Positions 1-9,338 of a stretch of DNA of 32,000 nucleotides are shown piece by piece. Below the pieces are notes generated by a model. That model saw only the letters and a program-made list of their open reading frames with translations, searched no databases and was not told where the DNA came from. The stretch is taken from sequence record MK814762.1. One strand, given 5' to 3'. Made by a program: the position numbers and the translations under genes. Source of the stretch: Microbacterium phage Bustleton. The first letter of the stretch is position 1. Each line of letters begins with the position of its first letter.

Positions 1-38
1 ACCAGGTGGACCAGCAGGGGAAGGAGAACCTGTCATGA
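1..38 (+). CDS. 3' end of an upstream head-completion region gene (partial)
   Basis: Frame 3 is open (QVDQQGKENLS*) and its TGA overlaps the next ATG as ATGA at 35-38. Confidence 0.5.
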   Translation, partial: QVDQQGKENLS

Positions 39-376
39 GCATCACGATGGGCCAGCTTGCCAGCCGGTACGCGGCAGCAGCCAAGGACGTCCCCGGTGAC
101 GAGGAGCTCCGTACCATCGCCCAGGTCGGTGTCGGCCTGGTCAAGAAGGAGATCCAGGACATGCACGCGGTGGACACCGGCACGATGCTGAACAGCACCG
201 ACGCCGAGCGCGCGGGCAAGGCCACCTACCTGATCGGCCCGACCGTGGACTACGCTCCCTATGTGGCCCTGGGAACGAGCCGGATGCCTGCTCGCCCCTT
301 CCACATCAAGGCAGCCGCCAAGCTGCGCAAGGAAGTCGACGCCCTGGGCTTCGACCCGGACAAGCTGGGAATCTGA
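35..376 (+). CDS. HK97 gp10-like head-tail connector / tail completion protein
   Basis: 113 aa; 'VDTGTMLNST...VDYAPYVALGTSRMPARPF' is typical of the HK97 gp10 family; AAGGAG RBS; position before the tail genes. Confidence 0.75.
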   Translation: MSITMGQLASRYAAAAKDVPGDEELRTIAQVGVGLVKKEIQDMHAVDTGTMLNSTDAERAGKATYLIGPTVDYAPYVALGTSRMPARPFHIKAAAKLRKEVDALGFDPDKLGI

Positions 377-378
377 TC

Positions 379-738
379 ATGACCGCAAGCATGAGCGACA
401 TCACCAGCCTCCTGGACGTGGCAGGCGTGCCCAGCGTCACGGGGTATGCAGCCACCAAGGCGGCACTCCCCTACGTCGTGGCACGACCCCTGACGACCCT
501 CTACGGGGAGATGGCCCTGAACGGCAGTGCCCTCTCCTGGGACACCCAGTTCGCTCTCTACTGCGCTGCTGGCTCCGTAGAGGCCTCGCACAACCTGGCT
601 ACCGACGTTGTCCGCATCCTGCACGGGGCACGCGTCGGGGATAGCACGCTGGCGGCGAGCCTGGGCTACGTCGGCGCACAAGTGGAAGGCCACTACGAGA
701 CCCAGGTAACCATCCAAACCGATCAAGGAGGAATCTAA
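379..738 (+). CDS. tail terminator-like protein
   Basis: 119 aa; synteny between gp10-like and major tail protein genes. Confidence 0.5.
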   Translation: MTASMSDITSLLDVAGVPSVTGYAATKAALPYVVARPLTTLYGEMALNGSALSWDTQFALYCAAGSVEASHNLATDVVRILHGARVGDSTLAASLGYVGAQVEGHYETQVTIQTDQGGI

Positions 739-965
739 TGGCACACGGCATCGTCGTTGACCACAAGGAGTCCGGCGTCCGGTACGCGGTCTCTGAGCGC
801 AACTTCAACGAGAAGATCCACACCAAGGTCCGGGACCTGAAGCCCGGCGAGAGCGTCATCGGCTTCCAGCCCAAGCGGCGCAAGACCGTCGGCGAGGCTG
901 CCCCCGTGCAGCTTCCCGCCAAGACCGAGGGGTCCCCGTCCGGGGGCACCAAGGACGCCAAGTAG
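738..965 (+). CDS. hypothetical structural-region protein
   Basis: 75 aa; GGAGG RBS; TAATG overlap with the preceding gene. Confidence 0.6.
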   Translation: MAHGIVVDHKESGVRYAVSERNFNEKIHTKVRDLKPGESVIGFQPKRRKTVGEAAPVQLPAKTEGSPSGGTKDAK

Positions 966-977
966 AAAGGAACTATC

Positions 978-1478
978 ATGGCACCCATCACCCAGTGGAA
1001 CCCCTCGACCCAGATCAGTCGTGGGAACGTCGCCGTTGGCGTGGCACCTGCCGTCGAGGACATCAACAACCCCGTCCTCGCGGAGCTGACCACGGGCATC
1101 GGCCTGGACTGCAGCATCACCACGATGAACGGCACGTCCAGCACGGACAGCGAGTCCATCGACTGGCTGTGCGACCCGGCCTCGGAGCAGCTCCCGGGCA
1201 GCACCACGCACTCCATCGACGACCTCCTCATCAAGGCCACCGGCCAGGGCGACGAGGACCTCATCAACGGCCTGAACATCGGCGACGTCGTCTACATCTG
1301 GCGGCGCGACGGCATCCCCCACGAGACCGCCCCGGCAGCGGGTCAGTTCGTGTGGGTCTGGAAGGCCATCATCACGTCCATCGACCCGGCGGAGGCGAAC
1401 AACACGTTCATCGGCATCACCGCCCACGTCACGGTCCTGGCCCGCTCGGTGACGGCTGTCGCCATCGCTGCGGCCTGA
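978..1478 (+). CDS. major tail (tube) protein
   Basis: 166 aa; position before the chaperone and tape measure genes; beta-rich sequence with the typical 'ITTMNGTSSTDSESIDWLCD' style. Confidence 0.65.
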   Translation: MAPITQWNPSTQISRGNVAVGVAPAVEDINNPVLAELTTGIGLDCSITTMNGTSSTDSESIDWLCDPASEQLPGSTTHSIDDLLIKATGQGDEDLINGLNIGDVVYIWRRDGIPHETAPAAGQFVWVWKAIITSIDPAEANNTFIGITAHVTVLARSVTAVAIAAA

Positions 1479-1507
1479 CCCCGAACCCCGACAGGTAGGA
1501 GAACACC

Positions 1508-2056
1508 ATGTCATTCAACAGCTACGAAGAACTCATGCAGGCGGTGGAGGAGCGGCGCTCCGACATCCTCACGCTGGAGGTCGACCTCGGTGCCACGTAC
1601 TCTCAGGAGCACGAGGACGCCAAGAAGGAACTCCAGCAGGCCAAGGCGCTGAAGCAGCTCGCCGGGGGTCAGGACTTCCTGGCCGACAACCTGGCGGCGC
1701 TCGAGGCTCGTGTGGCCGAGACCAAGCCTGAGTCCCGCAACGTGTGGGTCCGGTTCAGCCGTCTCAAGCTGGGGGAGTGGGCCATGCTGGTCAAGACCAG
1801 CGGCCTGACGCCCATCGACCAGTACGAGAAGGTTCTGCCGAAGACGTTCATCGGTGTCTACGGGCAGGACCCGGCAGGCGGGGAAGACGGCGAGGTCATC
1901 GAGCCGCTCTCCACCGACCCGGCGCTGCTGTCCAGCAAGGGTGACAGGGGTATCCTGCCTGGCGGCATGCTCCACCAGGTTGTCCAGGCGTTCATGGCCT
2001 GGCAGAACTCGTCGGGGGACATCACCATCCGCCCTACGAAATCGGGCCTCGTCTAG
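1508..2056 (+). CDS. tail assembly chaperone (first ORF)
   Basis: 182 aa; immediately upstream of a second small ORF and the tape measure gene. Confidence 0.65.
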   Translation: MSFNSYEELMQAVEERRSDILTLEVDLGATYSQEHEDAKKELQQAKALKQLAGGQDFLADNLAALEARVAETKPESRNVWVRFSRLKLGEWAMLVKTSGLTPIDQYEKVLPKTFIGVYGQDPAGGEDGEVIEPLSTDPALLSSKGDRGILPGGMLHQVVQAFMAWQNSSGDITIRPTKSGLV

Positions 2057-2064
2057 GAGTTCTC

Positions 2065-2445
2065 TTGGACATGGCCCTGGCATCCGGTCGGCCCCCGCTT
2101 CGCCTCCTTGACGAGGGTCGGCCGGATGCCTGGCAGGAGGTAGACCTCGAGGTCGTCTCCCAGTGGAAGCACATGAAGGAGGTCAAGTGCCCCGGCTGCG
2201 GTCGCCCGCTGGCTGAGCACTTGCACAACTCAACATTGGGACGGGAAGAAACCATCGAGGACTACGAAGTCTACTCGGTGGATTGCCCGGCACAGCAGGC
2301 CATCGCTGGCGGTCAGTCAGCCTGGCGGCAGGTGAACAAGGGCGCTATCGACAGCCACATGAAGGGCAACGGTCCTGACCCCAGCATGGGGGTCTACTGG
2401 CTGACCAAGCGCCAGGGCGAGCGCCTTCCCATCCCCGAACAGTAA
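2065..2445 (+). CDS. tail assembly chaperone (second ORF), TTG 2065 or ATG 2071 start
   Basis: CPGCGRPLAEH motif; AGGAG at 2055-2059; -1 frame relative to the first chaperone ORF. Confidence 0.6.
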   Translation: MDMALASGRPPLRLLDEGRPDAWQEVDLEVVSQWKHMKEVKCPGCGRPLAEHLHNSTLGREETIEDYEVYSVDCPAQQAIAGGQSAWRQVNKGAIDSHMKGNGPDPSMGVYWLTKRQGERLPIPEQ

Positions 2446-2463
2446 CCCAGAAAGGAGGACAGC

Positions 2464-4872
2464 ATGGCCGATAACGATGTTCGCATCAAGCTCTCGCTTG
2501 ACGGGGCCGACCAGGTCCAGAAGGGCCTCAAGGGCGTCGGAGACGAGGCTGGCAACGCTGACTCCAAGCTGGGAAGCATGGTCTCGGGAGGCCTCAAGGG
2601 TGCCGGTGCTGCCCTTGTGGGCTTCGCGACGGCTGCCGTAGCTGCTGGCGGGGCGCTCGCTGCTGGTGTGGTGAGCGCCTACGCCGACTACGAGCAGAAC
2701 ATCGGTGGTATCGAGACGATGTTCAAGGACGCGTCCGGTACGATGAAGCAGTACGCCGACGACGCGTATCGCACGGCTGGCCTGTCGGCCAACGACTACA
2801 TGAGCCAGGTCACCAGCTTCTCGGCTGCGCTGATCCAGGGCTTGGGCGGCGACACGGCTGCGGCTGCCGAGGCAGCCAACACGGCCATGATCGACATGTC
2901 CGACAACGCGAACAAGTTCGGGTCCAACATCACGGACATCCAGAACGCCTACCAGGGCTTCGCGAAGCAGAACTACACCATGCTCGACAACCTGAAGCTC
3001 GGGTATGGTGGCACGGCTGCCGAGATGGCACGCCTTATCAACGACTCGGGTGTCATGGGCGACACCTTCGAGGCAACTGCCCAGAACATGAACGAGGTGA
3101 GCTTCGACAAGATCGTCGAGGCCATCCACGTCGTCCAGACCGAGATGGGCATCGCGGGCACCACGGCGCTCGAAGCCGAGCAGACCATCTCCGGCTCCAT
3201 CGGCATGCTCAAGGGCAGCTTTGAGAACCTCCTGACGGGCCTTGGCAGCGCCGATGCTGATGTGGCCACGCTGGCGGGCAACGTTATCGACTCGTTCGAG
3301 CTGGTCGTCACCAACATCACCCCGGTCATCGAGAACCTGGGCAACAACATCGCCACGCTCGGCCCCAAGCTGGGCGACATGATGACGAGCCTTGTGGGGG
3401 CGGTCAGCAGCGCCATCCCGGCCATCCTTCAGGCTGGTGTGGCCCTCATCGGCGGTCTCATCTCGGGCATCTCCTCTGCGCTGCCGGGGCTTATCACCGC
3501 TGTGGTGCCTGCCCTGGTGCAGCTTGTGTCGGTGCTTGCCGAGCAGGCTCCCCTCCTCATCAAGGCTGGCGTTGACGCTATCGTGGCGCTGGGCCAGGGC
3601 ATCGCCGAGGCACTGCCTACCCTGATCCCGGTCGTGGTGCAGGGGCTTCTGGATGTGATCTCCGCGCTGGTGGAGAGCCTCCCCATGCTGCTGGAGACCG
3701 GCCTTCAGATCATCCTGGCGCTGGCTGATGGTATCATTCAGGCGCTCCCGCTGCTGGTGGCACAGCTCCCGACCATCATCATGGCGCTGGTTGACTTCTT
3801 CGTCCAGGGCATCCCGATGATCCTGCAGGCAGGCATTCAGCTTCTGACAAGCCTGATCGGTGCCCTGCCTGAGATTATCACCCAGATCGTAGCTGCCCTG
3901 CCCCAGATCATCACGGCTATCATCCAGGCGGTCGTGGGGGCTATCCCGCTGCTGATCCAGGCAGGTATCGACCTTATCACCGCCCTGGTGACTGCCCTGC
4001 CCGAGATCATCCAGGCCATCGTGGCAGCCATCCCCACTATCATCACTGCGGTGCTTGACGCGGTCATCGGCAGCATCCCGCTCCTGATTGACGCGGGCTT
4101 CAAGCTGATCACTGGCCTCATCGGCGCACTGCCCAGCATTATCGGCACCATCGTTGGAGCCATCCCCCAGATCATCGGCGGTGTGCTTGGCGCGGTGTTC
4201 GGTGCCGTGCCCCAGCTTGTCCAGGCGGGCTTCAGGCTGCTGACCAGCCTGGTGAGCAACCTGGGCGGCATCGTGGGCAACATCGTTGGAGCCGTGGGCA
4301 ACATCCTGAGCAACATCTTCAACGCCGTGGTCGGCGGGGTGGGGCGCATGGTGTCGGCCGGTGGCGACCTGGTGCGCGGCCTCTGGAACGGTATCTCGGG
4401 CGCTGCTGGCTGGCTGTTCAACAAGATCGGCGGCTTCGTCAACGACGTGATGGGCAGCATCGGTTCGTTCTTCGGTATCCACTCGCCCTCGCGGCGCATG
4501 CGCGACGAGATCGGTGCTTGGCTGCCGCCTGGCATCGGCGAGGGTGTCGAGGAGAACGAGGACCAGGCGATCGACCCCATCACCGACATGAACAAGCGCA
4601 TCGTCAAGGAAGCTGAGAAGCTGCCTGACCTCGCGATGAACCAGTCGGTCACCCAGTCGCTTACCCAGCAGGTGATCCCCACCTTGGCACCGACCACGGC
4701 AACGGCCACACCGAACTACGGCAGCGCGGTCGGGGGCGGCGTCACCATCAGCGGTCCGCTGGTCAGTGTGGCCTCCATGCAGGTCCGCAGTGACCAGGAC
4801 ATCCGCGCACTGTCCACCCAGCTCAAGACGGACATGACCCGCGAGCTGCGAGCGCAAGGAGTACTCTCATGA
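2464..4872 (+). CDS. tape measure protein
   Basis: 802 aa, longest tail gene; hydrophobic repeat core (LPxLIQAGIxLITxLVxALPxIIxxIV) and typical N-terminus. Confidence 0.93.
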   Translation: MADNDVRIKLSLDGADQVQKGLKGVGDEAGNADSKLGSMVSGGLKGAGAALVGFATAAVAAGGALAAGVVSAYADYEQNIGGIETMFKDASGTMKQYADDAYRTAGLSANDYMSQVTSFSAALIQGLGGDTAAAAEAANTAMIDMSDNANKFGSNITDIQNAYQGFAKQNYTMLDNLKLGYGGTAAEMARLINDSGVMGDTFEATAQNMNEVSFDKIVEAIHVVQTEMGIAGTTALEAEQTISGSIGMLKGSFENLLTGLGSADADVATLAGNVIDSFELVVTNITPVIENLGNNIATLGPKLGDMMTSLVGAVSSAIPAILQAGVALIGGLISGISSALPGLITAVVPALVQLVSVLAEQAPLLIKAGVDAIVALGQGIAEALPTLIPVVVQGLLDVISALVESLPMLLETGLQIILALADGIIQALPLLVAQLPTIIMALVDFFVQGIPMILQAGIQLLTSLIGALPEIITQIVAALPQIITAIIQAVVGAIPLLIQAGIDLITALVTALPEIIQAIVAAIPTIITAVLDAVIGSIPLLIDAGFKLITGLIGALPSIIGTIVGAIPQIIGGVLGAVFGAVPQLVQAGFRLLTSLVSNLGGIVGNIVGAVGNILSNIFNAVVGGVGRMVSAGGDLVRGLWNGISGAAGWLFNKIGGFVNDVMGSIGSFFGIHSPSRRMRDEIGAWLPPGIGEGVEENEDQAIDPITDMNKRIVKEAEKLPDLAMNQSVTQSLTQQVIPTLAPTTATATPNYGSAVGGGVTISGPLVSVASMQVRSDQDIRALSTQLKTDMTRELRAQGVLS

Positions 4873-5639
4873 GCTTCCAGCTTGGCACTTTCGACAGCGA
4901 CAGCATCCAGGACTTCAAGGCCATCCTGACCGAGTGGCCCGCCCTCCCGGTGGACCTGCACCTGGACGACCTGCCCGCTGGCGACGGCGCGCTGTACTAC
5001 CGGGCACGCATGACCGAGACCGAGTGGGTCTTCAAGCTGGAGCTGACCGGCACCGACGTCGCGGATGTGCTTGCCAAGGCCGACGCGGTGTCTGCTGCGC
5101 TGAACCCCAAGCTGCACGGCGCACAGGACTTCACCCCGAACGCCTTCGACCCGTGGGTCTGGCAGGGTGTCCTCGGTGCCCCCATCACCTGGGAGCGGGA
5201 TAGCATCGTCTGGTTCAGCGACCGTACCTGCCGTCTGCTGGGCGAAGCTACCGTGGTCACCCCTAACCCCTATGGGTACGCTGCGGGGTCGCCCACGGTC
5301 CTCTCTAGCTCCGTAGAAGCGGTGCTGCCGGTCGGGGGCAACACCAGCGCCTTCCCCATCGTGGAGTTTCGGGGAGTTCTGAACAGCGCCCAGGCATTCA
5401 CGCTGAACGGCATGCAGGTCCAGGGTCCGCTGACAGCAGCCCAGACGCTCGTCCTGGACTTCGAGGCCATGGACTTCTACATCAAGACCACGGCGACCGG
5501 GGCCAAGGTGCGCAACGTCGCTGACCGCTTCACCAACTTCCAGCGCCTGGAGGCCACCGACAGCATCGCCCTGACGGCTGGTGTGACGGCTGGCACGTAC
5601 ACCACGGCGACCGCACGAGTCAACTCGAGGAGAATCTGA
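4869..5639 (+). CDS. distal tail (Dit-like) protein
   Basis: 256 aa; follows the tape measure gene with ATGA overlap; siphovirus distal tail layout (FxLE...N..G.PS....T/V....V...P...). Confidence 0.6.
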   Translation: MSFQLGTFDSDSIQDFKAILTEWPALPVDLHLDDLPAGDGALYYRARMTETEWVFKLELTGTDVADVLAKADAVSAALNPKLHGAQDFTPNAFDPWVWQGVLGAPITWERDSIVWFSDRTCRLLGEATVVTPNPYGYAAGSPTVLSSSVEAVLPVGGNTSAFPIVEFRGVLNSAQAFTLNGMQVQGPLTAAQTLVLDFEAMDFYIKTTATGAKVRNVADRFTNFQRLEATDSIALTAGVTAGTYTTATARVNSRRI

Positions 5640-8062
5640 TGGCCGAGTACAGCCGCGCCACCAGTCGGGGAGACTGGACGGGTGAGTGGGATCCGGATGC
5701 AGTCACTCAGGTGCTGCTCCGCATGGACTCGTTCATCGGCTCTGGTGACCCCCGGCCTACGCCGGACAGCAGTGGCAAGAACCGGGACGCCTATGTGGTC
5801 AACTACGCGGGCAGCGATGCCGTCGCCGTAGCTACCCCCTGGGGCACCGGCATCCGCATGAACGAAGCTGGCATCAGCCAGGAGACCAGCGTTCGCGTAG
5901 AGAACGACGGCACCCTGTTCCCCAGCAGCGGCAGCGTGATGGTCGGCACCTGGTTCCGGGGCAAGCTGGACCGCCAGTGGAACCCCGTACTGAGCACCAG
6001 GAACACCCCCGGCGCTGCCCCCCTGATTCACCTGAACGTGAACACCAGCGCCAGCGGGCCTCAGCTCAACTATCGCTTCTACAACAACGCCGGGACCCAG
6101 GTGGTCAACGAGTGGTTCTCCGGGGTGCTCGTGCCCGACCGCTGGTACTGGATCGGCGCGGTCATGGACTTCACGCTGGGCACGTACTCCGTCTACGTGG
6201 TGGACTACGAGACCGGCGCTGTAGAGTCGGCCAGCGGCACGGCAAGCCTGAACAACGCCTGCACGGCTCATCTGGATGTGGCCTTCGGGCCTGCTGGCGA
6301 GTGGGCACGGTCTGTCGTGGACGAGGTTGTCGTGGTTGCCCCGTTCGCAGGCAACGCGGGGCAGCTTGCCCAGCGCGCTCGTCTGGCAGACGGAGCCGTA
6401 GAGGCGACCCAGGCCGACACGGGCACGGTCATCGGCCGTATCTCCCCCCGGCCGACCGCGACGCTGCCCGTGGTCGCACACACTCGGGCCATGCCTGGGC
6501 AGTGGGGCACCGACACCCCCATGATCACGCTGAACGGCCAGGGCGCGACGGTGCGCTACCGGACCAGCAACAACCTGACCACCTGGAGCGCGTGGAAGAA
6601 CGCCTCCAGCATCGAGACCGAGCCGAACGCGGCATGGATCCAGTACGAGGTGACGCTGTCAGCGTACGACAGCTACCTGGACGAGATCCTGCTGAGCACG
6701 GCTCCTCCGCCGACCCCGCCCCTGCCGAACACCCAGCCGGTCGAGCCGTTCTCCCTTGACCCGCTGCTGGTGGTTCCGAGCGGGGGCGGGGTCCTCCTCC
6801 AGGACACTCTGCTGTCGTGCAAGACCTTCGACACCAGCAGCAACGAGAGCACGCTGGAGTTCTCCATCAGTCTGGCCGACCCCAAGGCCACACTCATGGA
6901 GAGCGAAGCGCCCATCCTGTTCAAGGGGCGGCACTATGTGGCCCGAGGCGTCACCACGCGTCGGTCTCGAGGAGAGGCTGTCGTGGAGGTCTACGCCGAG
7001 CGGAACTGGTACGACCTGCTCTACGCGGGCCAGATTGACGCCCAGACCTGGACGGCAACTGCGGCCGACGTGATGACTAGCGTCCTGGCAGGGACCGACT
7101 GGTACGTGGGCCAGGTTGACCCGACTGCGGTGCTGGGCTGGGAGAACGACAGCACGACCGTCCTGGGCATGCTCAAGCAGATCGCCAAGGTGTACGGCGG
7201 AGACCTGGTCTTTGACGACAAGACTCACTTCGTACACTTGCTCAACCAGGGAGGCCGGGACCGGGGCACGTACTTCGACTACGTCCACGGCATCACCAGC
7301 GCCATCCGCCGCGAAGATACGACCAACCTGGTGACCCGCATCTACGGCCGGAACGCCGACGGCCTCACCATCGCCCCTGCCAATGGGGGCGTCGACTACA
7401 TTGAGGACTTCACCTGGACCGACCAGGTTCGCCAGAGCACCTACGACTTCAAGTCGGGCATGACGCCTCAGGCGATGATGCGCTTCCTGACCGCGTTCCT
7501 GGCTGACCGTGCCAAGCCCACGCTCTCCTACGAGTACCAGGTGTCGGGCCTTGTGGACCGCGTTGAGGAAGTTGACCGCTTCGAGGTTCTGGACATCGTG
7601 TTCGTGATGGACGAGGACTACGGCCAGTCGGTCAAGAACCGCGTGGTGCAGCTCGACATCGACTGGCTCGACCTGCGCAAGAGCAAGATCACGCTCGCGA
7701 ACAAGCTGCGGAGCCTTGCCAGCAGCGACGACAGCACCGACCCCGGCGCACTGACCACCGGCCAGACCATTGACACGCGCGACATCAACCCGTTCAACCT
7801 GCTGCTGAACAGCCGTGGAGACAACGGGATGGCGCACTGGGCGGGCACCAACGTCGCCGTCGTGGAAGGCGGGGCGACTGGCCGGTACAGCTTCGCGTTC
7901 GGGGCGGCTGGGGGCAGCCTGGAGCAGACGGTCACCAGCGACAACCGGGACAGCTTCGTCTTCTCGGCCCAGGTGGATGCCGACACGGATGCCCAGCTCC
8001 AGATCGAAGTGACGTTCCAGTACACCGACGGAACATCCGAGACCCAGACCCTGGAGCTGTGA
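5639..8062 (+). CDS. minor tail protein with N-terminal LamG/concanavalin-like region
   Basis: 807 aa; 'GSVMVGTWFRGKLDRQWNPVLSTRN...RWYWIGAVMDFTLGTYSVYVVDYETG' resembles LamG; C-terminal part resembles a phage tail hub protein. Confidence 0.65.
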   Translation: MAEYSRATSRGDWTGEWDPDAVTQVLLRMDSFIGSGDPRPTPDSSGKNRDAYVVNYAGSDAVAVATPWGTGIRMNEAGISQETSVRVENDGTLFPSSGSVMVGTWFRGKLDRQWNPVLSTRNTPGAAPLIHLNVNTSASGPQLNYRFYNNAGTQVVNEWFSGVLVPDRWYWIGAVMDFTLGTYSVYVVDYETGAVESASGTASLNNACTAHLDVAFGPAGEWARSVVDEVVVVAPFAGNAGQLAQRARLADGAVEATQADTGTVIGRISPRPTATLPVVAHTRAMPGQWGTDTPMITLNGQGATVRYRTSNNLTTWSAWKNASSIETEPNAAWIQYEVTLSAYDSYLDEILLSTAPPPTPPLPNTQPVEPFSLDPLLVVPSGGGVLLQDTLLSCKTFDTSSNESTLEFSISLADPKATLMESEAPILFKGRHYVARGVTTRRSRGEAVVEVYAERNWYDLLYAGQIDAQTWTATAADVMTSVLAGTDWYVGQVDPTAVLGWENDSTTVLGMLKQIAKVYGGDLVFDDKTHFVHLLNQGGRDRGTYFDYVHGITSAIRREDTTNLVTRIYGRNADGLTIAPANGGVDYIEDFTWTDQVRQSTYDFKSGMTPQAMMRFLTAFLADRAKPTLSYEYQVSGLVDRVEEVDRFEVLDIVFVMDEDYGQSVKNRVVQLDIDWLDLRKSKITLANKLRSLASSDDSTDPGALTTGQTIDTRDINPFNLLLNSRGDNGMAHWAGTNVAVVEGGATGRYSFAFGAAGGSLEQTVTSDNRDSFVFSAQVDADTDAQLQIEVTFQYTDGTSETQTLEL

Positions 8063-8063
8063 C

Positions 8064-8252
8064 ATGGCCGTGCGACGCGTCATTGTACGCAACCCCAACA
8101 CCTTCAAGCAGACACTTGTCATCAAGGTGAAGATCACCACGCCGGACGGCGATGTGAAGGTTACCGACCTCATCCTGCAGGCGGGCAGCACGGGCACGGG
8201 CTGGGTCCCCAACGTGACCGAGATGCCCTGGACGACTGGGGTGGTGAGCTAG
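8064..8252 (+). CDS. small minor tail protein
   Basis: 62 aa ORF between minor tail genes, ending in TAG directly abutting an in-frame ATG. Confidence 0.6.
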   Translation: MAVRRVIVRNPNTFKQTLVIKVKITTPDGDVKVTDLILQAGSTGTGWVPNVTEMPWTTGVVS

Positions 8253-8852
8253 ATGGCTTTCATTCGCACGTTCGGCCAGCTTCGCCCTTCCAAGGAAGTG
8301 CTTGGTGTGGCCGTCAAGATCACCGCCCAGGACGAAGCCAAGATCACCGACATCCAGCTCAACCCCGGCTCAAGCCTGTTCTCCTGGTCCCCGATGGTGG
8401 GCGACCTGGGCCTGGTGCCTGCTCCGACCTGGCGCTACATCAACGGCATGGTACAGTCAGACTACGACACTTGGGTCATGGCCGACGAAGACAGCGCCAG
8501 CCCGTACCTCGGCGTCTTCTACCCCGTGGGTCCGCAGACCGTGGAGTGGGGGCTGCTGCACCTTGGAGAGATATCTTCTCGAGAGGAGTTCAACGGATAT
8601 GAGTACAGCACGACAGCCGGAGCCGGGGTCACCCCGCATCACACTGCCCGAGCTGATCAGCGCCTGGGCCTCGAGACGACAGGCATCATGTCGGCCGTCG
8701 TTGCCATCCGGGGAATCCACGTTGACCCTGGTAGCAACGCGCGAACCGACCTGGGCACCGTCACAGGTGCTCACCCGGAAGGCTGGTCTGCGGTGTGGGC
8801 CTGGCATGAAACTTGGGCAGACGTCATAAACGAGCATGAGGAGTGGGCATAA
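8253..8852 (+). CDS. minor tail protein
   Basis: 199 aa; N-terminus resembles the preceding 62-aa protein (VKIT...KITDIQLNPGSSLFSWSPM). Confidence 0.6.
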   Translation: MAFIRTFGQLRPSKEVLGVAVKITAQDEAKITDIQLNPGSSLFSWSPMVGDLGLVPAPTWRYINGMVQSDYDTWVMADEDSASPYLGVFYPVGPQTVEWGLLHLGEISSREEFNGYEYSTTAGAGVTPHHTARADQRLGLETTGIMSAVVAIRGIHVDPGSNARTDLGTVTGAHPEGWSAVWAWHETWADVINEHEEWA

Positions 8853-9337
8853 TGCCTCTGGAGAACCCTACTGCACCGTCCTACGGTCCGAACACGTTCA
8901 CGGCCTTGGCTGCTGCCCTGGCCACACTGTTCGAGAACGACGAGTACCTGGAAGGGCTGATCGACGCCATCGACCCTACCCCCACGGTCTCCCGGCTGAA
9001 CCTGACGCTGTCCGCTGGGTACGGGAACAACTCGGCCTATGTCACCACGCGCACCGTTCGCGTCGGTACCGAGGTGACCATTGAGGGCGGCGTCATCACG
9101 TGCCCTGCCAGCTTCAGCGCCGACGTCTACAACACGCTCTGGACTATTGGCAGCGCGCACCGGCCGACAGATGGCAAGCACCGGATGGGAGTGGGTGCCA
9201 TCTTCGCATCGGGCGCGATTGTGCCGGTGCAGTACCGGGTCAACGGCAGCGATGGAACCATCAACTTCTACTCCAAGATCGCTGTCTCGGGGGCATCATA
9301 CATCATGCTCTCGCCTATCAACTGGACGGTGAGCTGA
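8852..9337 (+). CDS. minor tail protein
   Basis: ATG at 8852 overlaps the TAA of the previous gene; GAGGAG RBS. The track start at 8843 (GTG) is less likely. Confidence 0.6.
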   Translation: MPLENPTAPSYGPNTFTALAAALATLFENDEYLEGLIDAIDPTPTVSRLNLTLSAGYGNNSAYVTTRTVRVGTEVTIEGGVITCPASFSADVYNTLWTIGSAHRPTDGKHRMGVGAIFASGAIVPVQYRVNGSDGTINFYSKIAVSGASYIMLSPINWTVS

Positions 9338-9338
9338 C

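Noticed and set aside
2014-2020. GGGGGAC as a -1 slippery site
   Set aside because: Register gives G|GGG|GAC, not XXXYYYZ; A-site re-pairing is poor. Kept only as a weak possibility.
3550-4260. Repeated hydrophobic segments in the tape measure gene as a transmembrane channel system
   Set aside because: Periodic hydrophobic repeats are normal for tape measure proteins of this type.
2317-4857. 846-aa minus-strand ORF antisense to the tape measure gene
   Set aside because: Composition is the GC-rich antisense shadow of the tape measure repeats (GDDVG/QGR style), with no RBS logic and complete overlap with a clear coding gene.
6659-8212. 517-aa minus-strand ORF
   Set aside because: Antisense to the minor tail protein; high-GC codon-position artefact.
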